A DNA stretch of 64,000 nt from Scyliorhinus canicula (taxonomy: Eukaryota). The stretch spans positions 124,001 through 188,000 of the forward strand of contig NW_024055476.1 of the NCBI RefSeq assembly GCF_902713615.1. The letters run 5' to 3'. The notes under the pieces are model-generated. The model saw nothing but the letters and a program-made list of their open reading frames with translations, did not search any database and was not told where the DNA came from. Positions 38,727-50,100 of the stretch are shown here, piece by piece; the first letter of the stretch is position 1, and each line of letters opens with the position of its first letter. A program made the position numbers and the translations under genes.

Positions 38727-38734
38727 TGACGTCA
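38727..38734. promoter_or_regulatory. CRE palindrome upstream of V8
   Basis: TGACGTCA ~330 nt 5' of the V8 ATG; near-match TGACGTCT upstream of paralog V3 (~26328). CRE motifs are known in TCR V promoters. Confidence 0.4.
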
Positions 38735-39065
38735 TGGAGTTAAGAACAAAGAGACTCTGAGCTGATTGGATGAAATGTAGGACACAGGTGCTGAGGGCTG
38801 ATTGTTTGTCGCTCAATAGAGGGAATAGAGGTATACGGACCCCGGATGTGCAGAAGAATTTAGTTTAGACCGTCAGCATGGTCGGCACAGTCTTGGAGAG
38901 CCGAAGGGTCTGTTCCTGTGCTGTACTTTTATTTGTTCTTTAGACTCTGTCAGGAATGAACCAATCAGTAGCGGGGTGGGATATGACTCAACATCTTGTC
39001 AAGTCTTATCTGAAACAATTCAACTTCAACTCACTCTGTTTAAATCCACCACCAGCTCAGTGAAC

Positions 39066-39578
39066 ATGTTGGCTGTTATCTTTTACACATTGCTCACAAG
39101 TGCAGCTCTCTTAACTGGTAAGTTTACAAGTTGCACAGTTTTCTCTTTGCTCGTAATACCGATATAGAAATCATCATTGAAATGTATCTCCTCCGTTTGC
39201 AATCTATGTCCTTAACTTGGAAACACCGTGATAATAAAAAAATAAAGACCACTATTTCTAAATGTTTTCAGGGGTTAGAGGTGAAGACTGGGTCTCTCAA
39301 GAGCCGCTTGCAGTGACACAATTTGAAGAAGACTCAGTGGCCATTATTTACAGCTATTCGACCAGAGCGGATTCATATTATTTACAGCTGTACCGTCAGG
39401 ACAGGAACAAAGCCCCCACATTATTGATCTACATCTATAACTACGGAGATGTTTCCAGAGCAGAGGGTGTGGGGAGTCGATTTTCTGCATCTCTGGATAC
39501 TTCAAAAGGAGAGGGGAATTTCACCATCCAGGAGTTGCGGCTGTCTGACAGCGCGGTGTATTACTGCGGACTGAGAGA
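39066..39578 (+). CDS. TCR V segment V8, open frame but Cys23>Tyr and Trp41>Leu (inverted paralog of V3)
   Basis: Leader 39066-39117 MLAVIFYTLLTSAALLT|gtaagt; exon 39272-39578 ..AIIYSYS..YLQLYRQ..DSAVYYCGLR; RSS CACAGTG-23-ACAAAACAC (39579-39617). Confidence 0.87.
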
Positions 39579-40730
39579 CACAGTGACGGCAACCAGAGGG
39601 AGCCTCGTACAAAACACTGGCACAGTGTGACAAAGAGAATAGGGAGCAGAGGGGGGAAAGCTGGGCTTTATGAACCTATCAGCTGATATTTCTGATTGAA
39701 ATATACCCAAATTATGCACAAGCCGAGAGCAGCAGATGCTGCGCTGGGGATGGGTTTCTCGGCTTATTTTACATCCAAAAAATTACAGTATTTATTTCGG
39801 GTTCCAACTTGAATTGACAATTGACATTGTGAACCAGTCTTTCAAACACCAGGTAAATGCAGCAGTAGGTATATAACACTGAGGTGTGCTCAGGTCAAAT
39901 GTACAAATAGTTTGTGCAGAAAGCCTTACCCGATGTGTTCAGATTTCCCAGAGCGATTCTGGTGCTTATGGAAAACTTCGTGCTGTTCATTTCCATTTGA
40001 TTGTTGTAGTCAATTGTTTTTGTTACCGTTAATCCAGGTGCTTAAATCTGCCCTTATGGATAATTTACTTATGAATCATTGTTCATCAGCTCCTAATCAT
40101 GCCCGGAAAATAACCTCTGTACTTTTTCTACATTAAGGATTGATTGTTCGGTAGCACAGACCTGAGCATTGCTAAAATAATTGTCGAAGTTTTTGGCCTT
40201 GTACTCAGGACAATGGTAAGAACAGCAATGTCAGGGGAAACAACAACATGGACTTTTTCAGCGATGTTAAAGATTCTGAGTTTTAATATGTGTCAGTGAC
40301 ATTAACATTGAGAGATGTTCAATCGGGTTATTATGATTATTAAGATTATCCTCACCCAGTGGGCATTGGTTTGCACTATAGACTGATATTTCAAACCAAA
40401 AATGACTTGTCGCTCAGAGATTTCCTGAACAGCGGTCAGGGATATAAATAGTTCCCGGCCACCTGCACAGTTTACTTTCTCAGTGGTTGTGGCGAGTTCT
40501 CAGATATCCCCGTACCAGCATCAACTAATTCTGCTCTCAGTAAATGCAATAATCGGACTGAATGATTTTAGATGGTGATAAGGGGATTGTACTCGGGGTC
40601 TGTGCTCACAGAAACATTCACGTTTCAGTGTCTGAGTCGCTGTTATAAACAGCTCCCAACATACAGCAGCTGTGACCCAGAAACCTGCGGCAGTTTTTAT
40701 TCGAGACTTTCCCTCGTTCCCATCAGGGAG

Positions 40731-41029
40731 ACTCTGCACAGTAATAGACCGCGGTGTCAGACAGCCGCAGCTCCGAGATGGCCAATCAGTACAACTTGTC
40801 CGACTGCTGGACTGTATCAGAAACCGGCCCTGTGCGAAATCCGCCTTCAATTCATCACCGCCACCCGTGTGCCTCCGGACCGCAAACTCGGGCTGTCTGT
40901 CTGGGTATTGATGCTACCAGAATAAATAATAAGCATCATCGATATATGTGCAGGTTAGCGTGACATCTTCCCCCTCTGTCTGTGTGAGTGAGGATTCCCG
41001 CGGAGTCATATAATCTCCATCGCTCAGAC
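40731..41029 (-). pseudogene. TCR V pseudogene V9
   Basis: ttgcag|..EGEDVTLTCTY..YYLFW*HQYP..GRF-fs-..LY*LAISELRLSDTAVYYCAE; two stops and a frameshift; RSS decayed (CTCCCTG-23-ATAAAAACT); leader not identified. Confidence 0.85.
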
Positions 41030-42513
41030 CTGCAACACACGGTTATAGAATGTGGAAATAAGTGATTGAATTTCAATTTAACTGAACTGAGGGTGAAAAT
41101 TCCATCAGTGTAACATAAAAAAATAGAATTTAGAGCACAAGAAAGCTCGTTCGGCCCAATTGTTTCATGTCAGTGTTTACAATCCCCAGGAGAATCCTCC
41201 ATCTCGCCTCATCTCATTGTATCAGCAAATCCCTCCACCCCTATCTCTCTCATATGTTTATCTAGTTTCCCTTGAAATGTATCAGTGCTCCGCTCCTCAG
41301 CTCTTCCTTGTGTTAATTTGAGCCACATTCCTCTCTTTCTAAAGTGATTTTTCCTTATTTCCCAGTTAGAAAATTTGGGGGTGCTTCGATTCCTGGCACC
41401 GAGATTTGGAACCTGTGGAATTATCCTCTCCACACGCCCAACAGATCATAGTAAAGACATCAAGGTTGACTTCCTGTTAGTACAGAAAAGAACCAGAACA
41501 TTTACATTGCTTTCTGATAGATATCATCATCCAATTCGGTATCGTCACTAAATCACGTATGCTTTGTGTTTTGCCAATATAAACTCCTATAAAGAAGAGG
41601 CTAGTAGGGCATAGACGCGTGTTTTCCCAGGCAGGTTGGGTACTTGATTACCACAAGGGTACTGCTTTCCAAATTTATTCCTCTAGAAATGAACTTTTAA
41701 AAAAGTTTTAAACGTCTTACCAGCAATGAATGTTATCCAGATCACAGCGAGAACGGGGATCCGCATTGCTGCTGGTCCTGGATTGCGCGGACTAATTATG
41801 TCTCAGAAACCTGCAGAAACCCAACAAGATAAAGCTGAGAGCATTGGCTGAGGCTGCTCTGACGTCACTGCCTATGGAACGAATGATAGGAAGAGCTAGG
41901 ATAGCTGGATCTGATTGGTCTGTTGTCACCTTTTTAACAATACATGTTTATTCCAGGGAATTAAGGCAGTTGCCGTGCATTTTGATCATCAGCGCGAGAC
42001 CGGAAAACACAGAAAACTTGATCCCGAATTGATCTGAGAGACATTTGTATCTTCGGCTCACCTGAAAGAAACAGCCTTGAAGAAAGAAAATACAAGTGCT
42101 GAATGTGGATGAAGGTGTTCCGAGCATTTTATTCACTAAAAATACTTAATTTGTGGAGGGGATGAAAGGAAATATGTTCTCAGACTTGTTTTGGCTTCGT
42201 GTCGTATCAAACAGAGCGGGAAAATACAATGACAATTAGCTGGAGAAAGTTTCAATTTAACCTATGTTAAAATGTCAGTTTGTCAAATAAACCTTAAATG
42301 TTTCCACTCAATTGCTCATTATTGAGTGAATCAAATCTGACATCTAACACCTCTGTTCAGCGCTTCTGGGATCTGTCTTGTGGCTCCATTTTCAAGTCCA
42401 TCTGCTCATTGCTAGCAGTAGCGATACATCCCTCCACGGTCCACTATTCCGTCCACTCTGTCACAATGCTGCAGTGTTTTTGTCCGAGGCTCCCTCTGGT
42501 CGCTGTCACTGTG

Positions 42514-42942
42514 TCTCCCAGTCCGCAGTAATACACCGCGCTGTCAGACAGCCGCAGCTCCCGGATGATGAAATTCCCCTCACTTTTCGAAGTGTCGAGA
42601 GATGCTGAAAATCGAGTCCCCACGCCCTCTGCATGAAAACATCTTCGTATTTCGGGATGTCGCCCATAAATGTGGGGGCTATATCCGGGCCCTGGCAGTA
42701 CAGCTGTAAATCATGCTAATCAGCAGTGGTCGAATTGCTGCAATTAATTATCACGGTGTCTCCTTCAAAATGTGTTGCGGAAACCGGTTCGTGTGAGGCT
42801 GAGTCTAAACCACTAACGGCTGGTAGAAATAAAGAGAAAACACAGAACACATTGCCTGCACGATGGAGATTTTGTATTCTGTAAACTTCTCAGTTAAGAG
42901 AGCTGCAGTTGTGAGGAATGAATATAAAGCAACGACCAACAT
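42514..42942 (-). pseudogene. TCR V pseudogene V10 (V3/V8 family)
   Basis: Leader 42891-42942 with donor GT>AG; exon 42514-42819 has Cys23 (IINCS), a TAG in CDR1 and frameshift(s); RSS CACAGTG-23-ACAAAAACA intact (42475-42513). Confidence 0.87.
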
Positions 42943-44749
42943 GTTTGCAGAGAGCTGACAGCGGATTTGAACCTGAAATTATATTTGTGATGAGTTGGGT
43001 TCGGGATGAGTAACACCTGGTATCTTTGCCGATTGGTTCTTTCCTGACAGATCATCACCTTTTACCCAATTAGTTCATGGGGTCTTTGTTCCAGTCTTGA
43101 TCCAATCAGCTGAGAGCTCCTTCATGCTCCAATTCATGACATAAGGGCGGGAAGCATTGAATCGAACAGGGAACAGGAATTAAACACAATGTTGTCCCTT
43201 CAACAGTTTCACTTTGCGAGATGGGTAAAGTGAAGGGAAATAGCTCTTAATGTGTTACTAACAATGCCGATAGCTCCCATTCACAGAACTTCTCACTGGT
43301 TATTGCAGCTACTACGGCTAGTAAAGGCCCATCGAGAGGACAAGTGAGCAGTGAAAGCTTTCAGTTCCGCCAATTCCAGCTAACGGCTGGTATATGGAAT
43401 AAATGGCGTCGGTTTGGCAGGTTTGAACAGAATATTAAACATTAAGGATCAAGCTGTCTGTGTTCTCGTGCCGCTCTGATCAGCAGAATCCACGGCAACT
43501 GCCTCAGTTCTCTGGAATAAACGTGTGGTTAAATAGGTGACATCAGACTAATCAGATCAGCGAATCCTGCTCTTCCGATCATTCGTTCGATAGGTGACGT
43601 CAGAGCCGCCTCACCCAATGCTCTCTCAGCTTTAGCAATGCAGATCCGCTGATGTTGCTGAAATGCGGGTAACATTCATTGTTGGAAAGGCGCTTAAAAC
43701 TTTTTTAAAAGTTAAATTGTGGCAGGAATAAATTTGGAAAGCAGGACAAGCACGTCAAACAAGCATCAGACCAGCCTTAGTGTACATTAATCTTTGTCCT
43801 GGTCTCCTCCTTACAGGGGTATATATTCGCGAAACACAATGCAAACGCTAGTTACAGTGACGTTACCGGAATTAGAAGATGATATCTAGCAGAAAGCAGT
43901 GTAAATGCTGTGGTTCTTTTCTGTACTGACGGGAAGTCAACTTTGATGTCTTTACATTGATGTGATGGACGTGTGGAGAGACTAATTCCACATGTGGAAT
44001 GTTCCAACTCGCCGTGTCAGAAATCTGCAGAACATGCACATTTTTGGACACAAGTAGAAATACAAAATCCAGTCGAACTGAACTGCTGACCTAACCAACG
44101 ACAGAAATGGGCCCTGGGATGCAATGTCTGCAGTAGCACATCGGGTTAAACCGAGAGAAGTAAACGCAATAACGCAATGTCCAGCAATATCACAGATTCA
44201 AAACTGATCAAACTATCAGCTGCCATCGCAATTGATGGAGTGGAAATATCAGCGATTGAGTCTCAGAAGTTTTTGCCCATTCTGCACATTTTCATTGCGC
44301 CAGTGACTGAGGAAACAGAAAAACATTATGTGGGCAGGAAGGACCCAGATTCACAAACATTTAGGGAACGGAATGAGGCTTATTTTAAAGTGCGACCCCT
44401 AGCGGCTTTCACACCCGTATTTTCCACGTTGCCATCCGTTTTCAATTTATGGCAATATCCATTTGACAAGTTCCTGTGTATCTTCGCTCTTTATCATTTT
44501 GACGCGGTATTCCCGATAATAAGAAATCACAATGGAAAAAATAAAGTTCGTCCTTCACTATCCATTTTTCCATGAAATTAATGTGGTTTTGTCATTGAAT
44601 CTTCTTCCAATGGAAATAATTACATGCGATCCCCTCCAGGACAAGGGCAAACATCTGAGGAGGTAAATTGATTCTCTTTTCTATCTTTTTTGTGACAAGC
44701 AAAAGAATCCAAGATTCCCTTGTCTGTTTTCATTCCTGGTACTCTTCTG

Positions 44750-45040
44750 CTATATAATGTGGTCACTCTCTCCAACATTGTCAGCGTCCAGATGTTCCAC
44801 TGGGCCTTGGTGGCTCCAGTTTGATAGAAACGAAGAGAAAACAACAACAATTTCAAAATTCAGAATCAGCCTCATATCGAACAACATAACGGTCATCCAT
44901 AGCATCTTCGTTATTATGTAATGGACAATAATTACACAGTGAGGGGAGAATGGGGGTTTTGCAGTGAAGGAAATACTGAATAGCGAGATCATAACGAAGA
45001 GAGCGAGAGGCGGTTCCCCGCGATAGTTCCTGAATCAATC
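44750..45040 (-). pseudogene. Truncated TCR V remnant V11 (V2 family)
   Basis: 'NWSHQGPVEHLDAD' aligns with V2 'WSHQDTVEQPDAE'; decayed leader at ~44985-45035 and upstream DNA align with 22760-23150; 3' part and RSS not recognisable. Confidence 0.6.
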
Positions 45041-45565
45041 GCTCTTCAGGGCAGGCAATTATCTATCGGAGGAGCAATCTAGATTCAGGTCCCACTGCAT
45101 TGCTGATCCAACCAAAGACGAGAATCAACCAGCGGCTGCAATGTCTAGAATAACACAATGGTGTTAGAGCGAGAACAACAAACGGAAACTGTGACCGGGG
45201 ACGGGGCAGACTCAAAGCTGAAAAAAGTGTGCGCCGGTTATTATCAGCTGCATTCGCAAGTGAGGGAGCGGAAATAGTAACATGCAGCAGCCTGTGATCA
45301 CCCTGCAGCCGCTCACTGCTCAACTCACTGAGAACAATATAGCGTCAGGTGGAGGGGTGATTCAACTGACGCTACCTGCACCTATTTGTAAGAGGTATTT
45401 CTATTGCCCTTTTCACCCTACATTTAAATCCCGCGCTTGTTTCTGCTCCCACGTTCTGACAAAACCTTTTCAAATGTTCCACTGATTATTCTTCTCCCAT
45501 CAATTTTGACGCCAGACTCCAATGGTAACAACTCACAGTGCAATTAATGCAGCTTGCTTGCACAC

Positions 45566-45637
45566 AATGCGGTGGCCAAGCGGAAAGGCGTTGGTTTCGT
45601 AAACCAAAAATCGTGTGTTCAAATCCCGTCCGTACCT
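45566..45637 (+). pseudogene. tRNA-Thr(CGT) pseudogene
   Basis: Aligns with vertebrate tRNA-Thr-CGT (GCGGTGGCCAAG.GG.AAGGCGT.GGT.TCGTAAACC.AA.ATC..G.GTTC.AA.CCCGTCCGT.CCT); first three bases are AAT rather than GGC, which breaks the acceptor stem; T-arm mismatches. Confidence 0.75.
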
Positions 45638-46279
45638 CCGTGTCGCTGCTCGGCTTACCCATCCTTACCCGCAGCAGGCAATATCATCCACCTACCCCTG
45701 TCTTCTTTTTAAAACATTGAACCTTCAGCTGATGAAAATAATTCCGGACAATCTGAATAAAACAAAATTCTGAGCGCATCAGTTTTTGTACTCTTTTGTA
45801 CCTTCTTCGTTATAATCAAAATAAAAACTAGTCTGTTCAGCCCTGCTGTTATTCTGATTTATAACCTCCGCAAGTCTTGGAAATCTTTCGACTTCGTCAT
45901 CCCAGGGCTTAAACAGAGAAATGCAGCGATGATTTGCACAGACTAAGCATCCCTTTCTGATTACAAACACCATTAGTAACAAAGACAGTGTCTAAACAGC
46001 TGCAATTTCGATTTCTAAATAGCTTTCGGGTCCTGGTATTTTTTGCAGTAAAATCTGAATCCACGCAACAGCTGAATACAATGTACGCTTATTGTACAAT
46101 AACCGCAACATGAGAAGTACTATCAGCCTGGACATGGGAAGCACAGGTGCCGGGTTTAGTCTTTAGTAGAACATAATTTGTCGATCGGAAATCCTTGAAG
46201 TTTCTATTTACATGACATGTCTTAAGTTGGATTCCCACACAGATCAGGGACTGACTTCGCCCAGTTGAGACGAAGGGGC

Positions 46280-46690
46280 GCAAAGGGGCAACTTAACATG
46301 GCTAATCCAGATTTCTTACACATCTTTGAACTGTGGGAGGAAATTGCTTCTCGGCCTTTTGGCGAAGATGAGCGTGAGGTTAGGTGTAATGCCTGAATCT
46401 GGTATGTCTCTCAGATGGGGTCCGTGAATTGGATTCAATTTGAATTGTTTTTTGGAGCAGGCAAGGAGCTGCATTAGGGGTTCTCCCCGGTCCGCACTCT
46501 GAGCTCCGGCTTTGTAACTTTGATAACGTAATAATAATAAAAAAGAAACTTAAGCAGTCAGAGGAAATCCTCGTAGACACGGGGAGAAAGTGCAATCTGT
46601 ACACAGATAGTCAGTCACGGCCGGAAGTGAACCGGGGTCCCTGGCGCTATGAGGCAGCAGTGCTAACCACTGTGCCGTTCCTGTGCCACC
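46280..46690 (-). mobile_element. V-SINE/HE1-like SINE split by a U2-headed insertion
   Basis: SINE sequence stops at '...tgtgggaggaaa' (46343) and resumes at 'gaaact..gaggaaatcc' (46545). Confidence 0.7.
46343..46544 (+). mobile_element. U2 snRNA-derived retroposed element with (TAA)n/A tail
   Basis: ATTGCTTCTCGGCCTTTTGGCGAAGAT matches the U2 5' end; 'TTTTTGGAGCAGG' matches the U2 Sm-site region; tail taataataataaaaaa; possible 4-bp TSD GAAA. Confidence 0.7.
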
Positions 46691-46699
46691 ACACCGCCC

Positions 46700-47155
46700 C
46701 TGTTTGCAGGGACAACAGAGGCATGAATTATAAAAGCAGGGATCATGTTGGACTTGTACAGAACTGTTGTGAGACCATAGCTGGAGAACTGTGTGCAGTT
46801 CTGGTCGCCACATTATAGGAAGGATGTGATTGCACTGGAGGGGTAGCAGAGGAGATTCACCAGGATGTTGCCTGGGATGGAACATTTATGTTCTGAAGAG
46901 AGGTTTGATAGGCTTGGGTTGTTTTCGCTGGAGCAGAGAAGGCTGAGGGGCGACCTGATGGAGGTTTACAAGATTATGAGGGGCATGGACAGGATGGATA
47001 GGGAGCAGCTGCTCTCCTTAATTGAAGGGCCAGTTACGAGGGGACACACGTTCAAGGTGAGGAGCAGGACGTTATGGGGGATTTGAAGAAAAACTTACCT
47101 AGAGGGTGGTGACGGTCTGGAATAAACTACCTGGAAGGGTGGTAGAGGCAGTCTG
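46700..47155 (+). mobile_element. CR1 3' fragment, cut at the duplication junction
   Basis: 'LENCVQFWSPHYRKDV', 'RFTRMLPGME', 'GLFSLEQRRLRGDLMEVYKIM'; ends before the usual 3' tail, where block copy 2 begins. Confidence 0.85.
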
Positions 47156-50100
47156 TCTCATTTTTCCCTTCGCCATTATCACTGGTTGCTTTAGGTTGAA
47201 CAGTGCTTCATGATCATGTTAAAGACTATTAATATACTTAGATGTCGACAGAATCTGAAATCATATTTGTTTACAAAGATGTTACAGCCACACTATTTCA
47301 TGCTCCTGAACAAAATAAACTATTTGCAAGACAATTTTATACTCCAGCTTTCGGAATTAACATGAGGTACATATGAAATAGCAGGCAAAGAGTGGTCGAA
47401 CAAACCACACTGCACGTTCAATGGCAGCTGTAACAATTTTTAAAAAATGCTTATATTACAGTTTTTGATATCATACATTGTACAATGGACAAGGGTATGT
47501 GATGCGATTACAATATACAAGGACTTTACACCCACCCGCACCCACTCCTTGACCACCTCTGGCCCCTGTTTTTGTTGTTTAAAGATACTTTATTCGATCA
47601 GATAACGTAAAATAGGTGAAAGTCATCTATTTACATCAATGCAGCTCTTTCCCCTTCGCCTTCTCTTCTCCCACTTTGTAGATTGGCCCCGCTCCCCCTA
47701 CCCCCGCCCCCATCCTTCGTCTCTATTTCGGCGTTTCTTTGGGAGTTCTTTTCTTTGTGGCCTTGCTCTAGGCCCCCGATTATCCGTTCTGGTGTTGCTC
47801 CACCCTCCCCTCCTCTCTCCCTAACCTCCCTCCAAATCTCGTCCCCTCCCTATTTGTTCTCTGTTGTCTCGTTCGTTCGGTCCGCCCCCCGCCCCCCCCC
47901 CCCCTCCCCCCCCCCCACAAACACACACACACATGCACAAACTTACCCTCCCCTCGCTCTTTTGGCTGTTGGCTTCGTAAAGATGTTGGAACGCGTGGTG
48001 AATTGTCTCCTCGTTTTTTGGAAGCCCTCCTCCTACCCTCAAATGGCAAATTTTATTTACTCCAGGTGGAGAAATTACGACACGTCTGCCACCCAGTCTG
48101 CTGTTGTGAGTCATGCTGTTGATCTTCAGCTGAGCCGGATTCCTCGGTGGGCGATTAGGGAAGCAAAGGCAAGGGGGTCGACCCCTTTCCCTATGAATAG
48201 TTCTGGCTGGTTCGATACCCCGAAGACTGCCATTCACCGGCAACGCGTCCACCCTCACAACCTTGGACATTGCCTCAATGAAGGCTGTCCAAAACCCGTC
48301 AAGTCTGGGGCATGCCCACAACATGTGGGTGTGGTTGGCTGCGGCTCCCTGGTGCCGTTCACATTTGTCCTCCACCTCCTTATTGTGGTTCTTGTCAGGT
48401 GCGCTCTGTGCACTACTTTCAGTTGCATGAGGTTTAGCCTTGCATAAGCGAAGGTGTTGTTGGCCCTGTTCAGAGCTTCGGTCCAGAGTCTCCACTCGAT
48501 TTCTGGTTTAGCTGACTCGGCTAAATCGCTGGCTTTTAAAGCAGACCAAGCAGGCCAGCAGCACGGTTCGATTCCCGTACCAGCCTCCCCGGACAGGCGC
48601 CGGAATGTGGCGACTAGGGGCTTTTCACAGTAACTTCATTGAAGCCTACTCGTGACAATAAGCGATTTTCATTTTTCATTTCATTCAAGTTGGTCCTCAT
48701 ATTTTTTCTGTGTTTCGTCCAGTGGGGAGTGTTCAGTTCCTCCCTCCCAGGTGACACACGTACAGTACTCCTTCTTGCATTGTGCATCTCGGGTCCTTGG
48801 CTGTCTTGCAGTCTCCTTACCTAGAAAGATCTAACCTGTATGTTAAGACGGTAGCACAAGTGATTAGCACTGTGGGTTCACCGCGCCAGGATCCCAGGTT
48901 CCATTCCTCGCTGGGTCACTGTCTGTGCGGAGTCTGCACATCCTCCCCGTGTGTGCGTGGGTTTCCACCGGGTGCTCCGGTTTCCTCCCACAGACCAAAG
49001 ACGTGCAGTGTAGGTGGATTGGGCAAGCTAAATTACCCTTAGTGACCACAAAGGTTAGAAGGTTTATTGGGTTACGGGGATAGGCTGGAAGTGAGGGCTT
49101 AAGTGGGTTGGTGCAGTCTCGATGGCCGACTGGCCTCCTTCTGCAATGTATGTTCTATGTCCAGACCAGGTTAAAGTCCAACTGCTTTGTTTCAAACACT
49201 TGCTTTTGGAGAGCAGCTCCTTGGAGCAGTGCTCCGAAGGCTAGTGTTTGAAATAAACCTGTTGGACTTTAACCTGGTGTTGTAAGACGTCTTACTGTGC
49301 TCACCCCAGTCCAACACCGGCTTCTCCATATCGATGTTCCAGTGTTTGTTCCCGTTGGCAGCTGCAGCCTCTCTGTCAGTTCCTCTAAGATCGCTCGCCT
49401 GTCCTCTGTGTAGAAGTCCCCAACGATCCCTGAGGAGATGGAAACAAGGCAGATCCCATGGATGCTCAGTTATTTTAGGCAGATGGTATCAGAGGGAATT
49501 GAGCAGGCAGAGCATCCCGGAATTATGTCGTACGTTCATGGAGATGGTAGCAGAGTGAATGTGTCGATAGTTCAGTTGGCTGGCTGGCTGGTCATGAAGC
49601 ACACAGCGTGAGTTCAATTCCTGTGATCCATGCCCTCTCAACCTTGTCCCTCTGCTGAAGTGCATAGAACATAGAACATTACAGCGCAGTACAGGCCCTT
49701 CGGCCCACGATGTTGCGCCGTCCTGTGAAACCCCTCCAAAGTCCCTCTACACTATTCTGTTATCGTCCATATGTGTAGTGCAAATCTAAAGAGCTGGTCA
49801 TCGACTTCAGGAAGCAAAGTACTGTAGACACCCCTGTCAGCGTCAACGGGGCCGAGGTGGAGATGGTTAGCAGTTTCAAATTCCTAGGGGTGCACATCAC
49901 CAAAAATCTATCATGGTCCACTCACGTCGACGCTATCACCAAGAAAGCACAACAGCACCTATACTTCCTCAGGAAACTAAGGAAATTCGGCATGTCCACA
50001 TTAATCCTTACCAACTTTTACAGATGCACTATAGAAAGCATCCTATCGGGCTGCATCACAGCCTGGTTTGGCAACTGCTCGGCCCAGGACCGCAAGGAAC

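Noticed and set aside
44177-44575. 132-aa ORF after the orphan promoter-like segment
   Set aside because: No Ig motifs or recognisable family; AT-rich; likely chance.
20650-45040. V segments as IgH VH, TAILV or NAR-TCR V
   Set aside because: No VH-type WVRQ..GKGLEW or YYCAR motifs and no adjacent D/J within clusters; ends (CALRP, CAVR, CGLR) and 23-RSS fit TCR alpha/delta V. Alpha versus delta cannot be resolved here.
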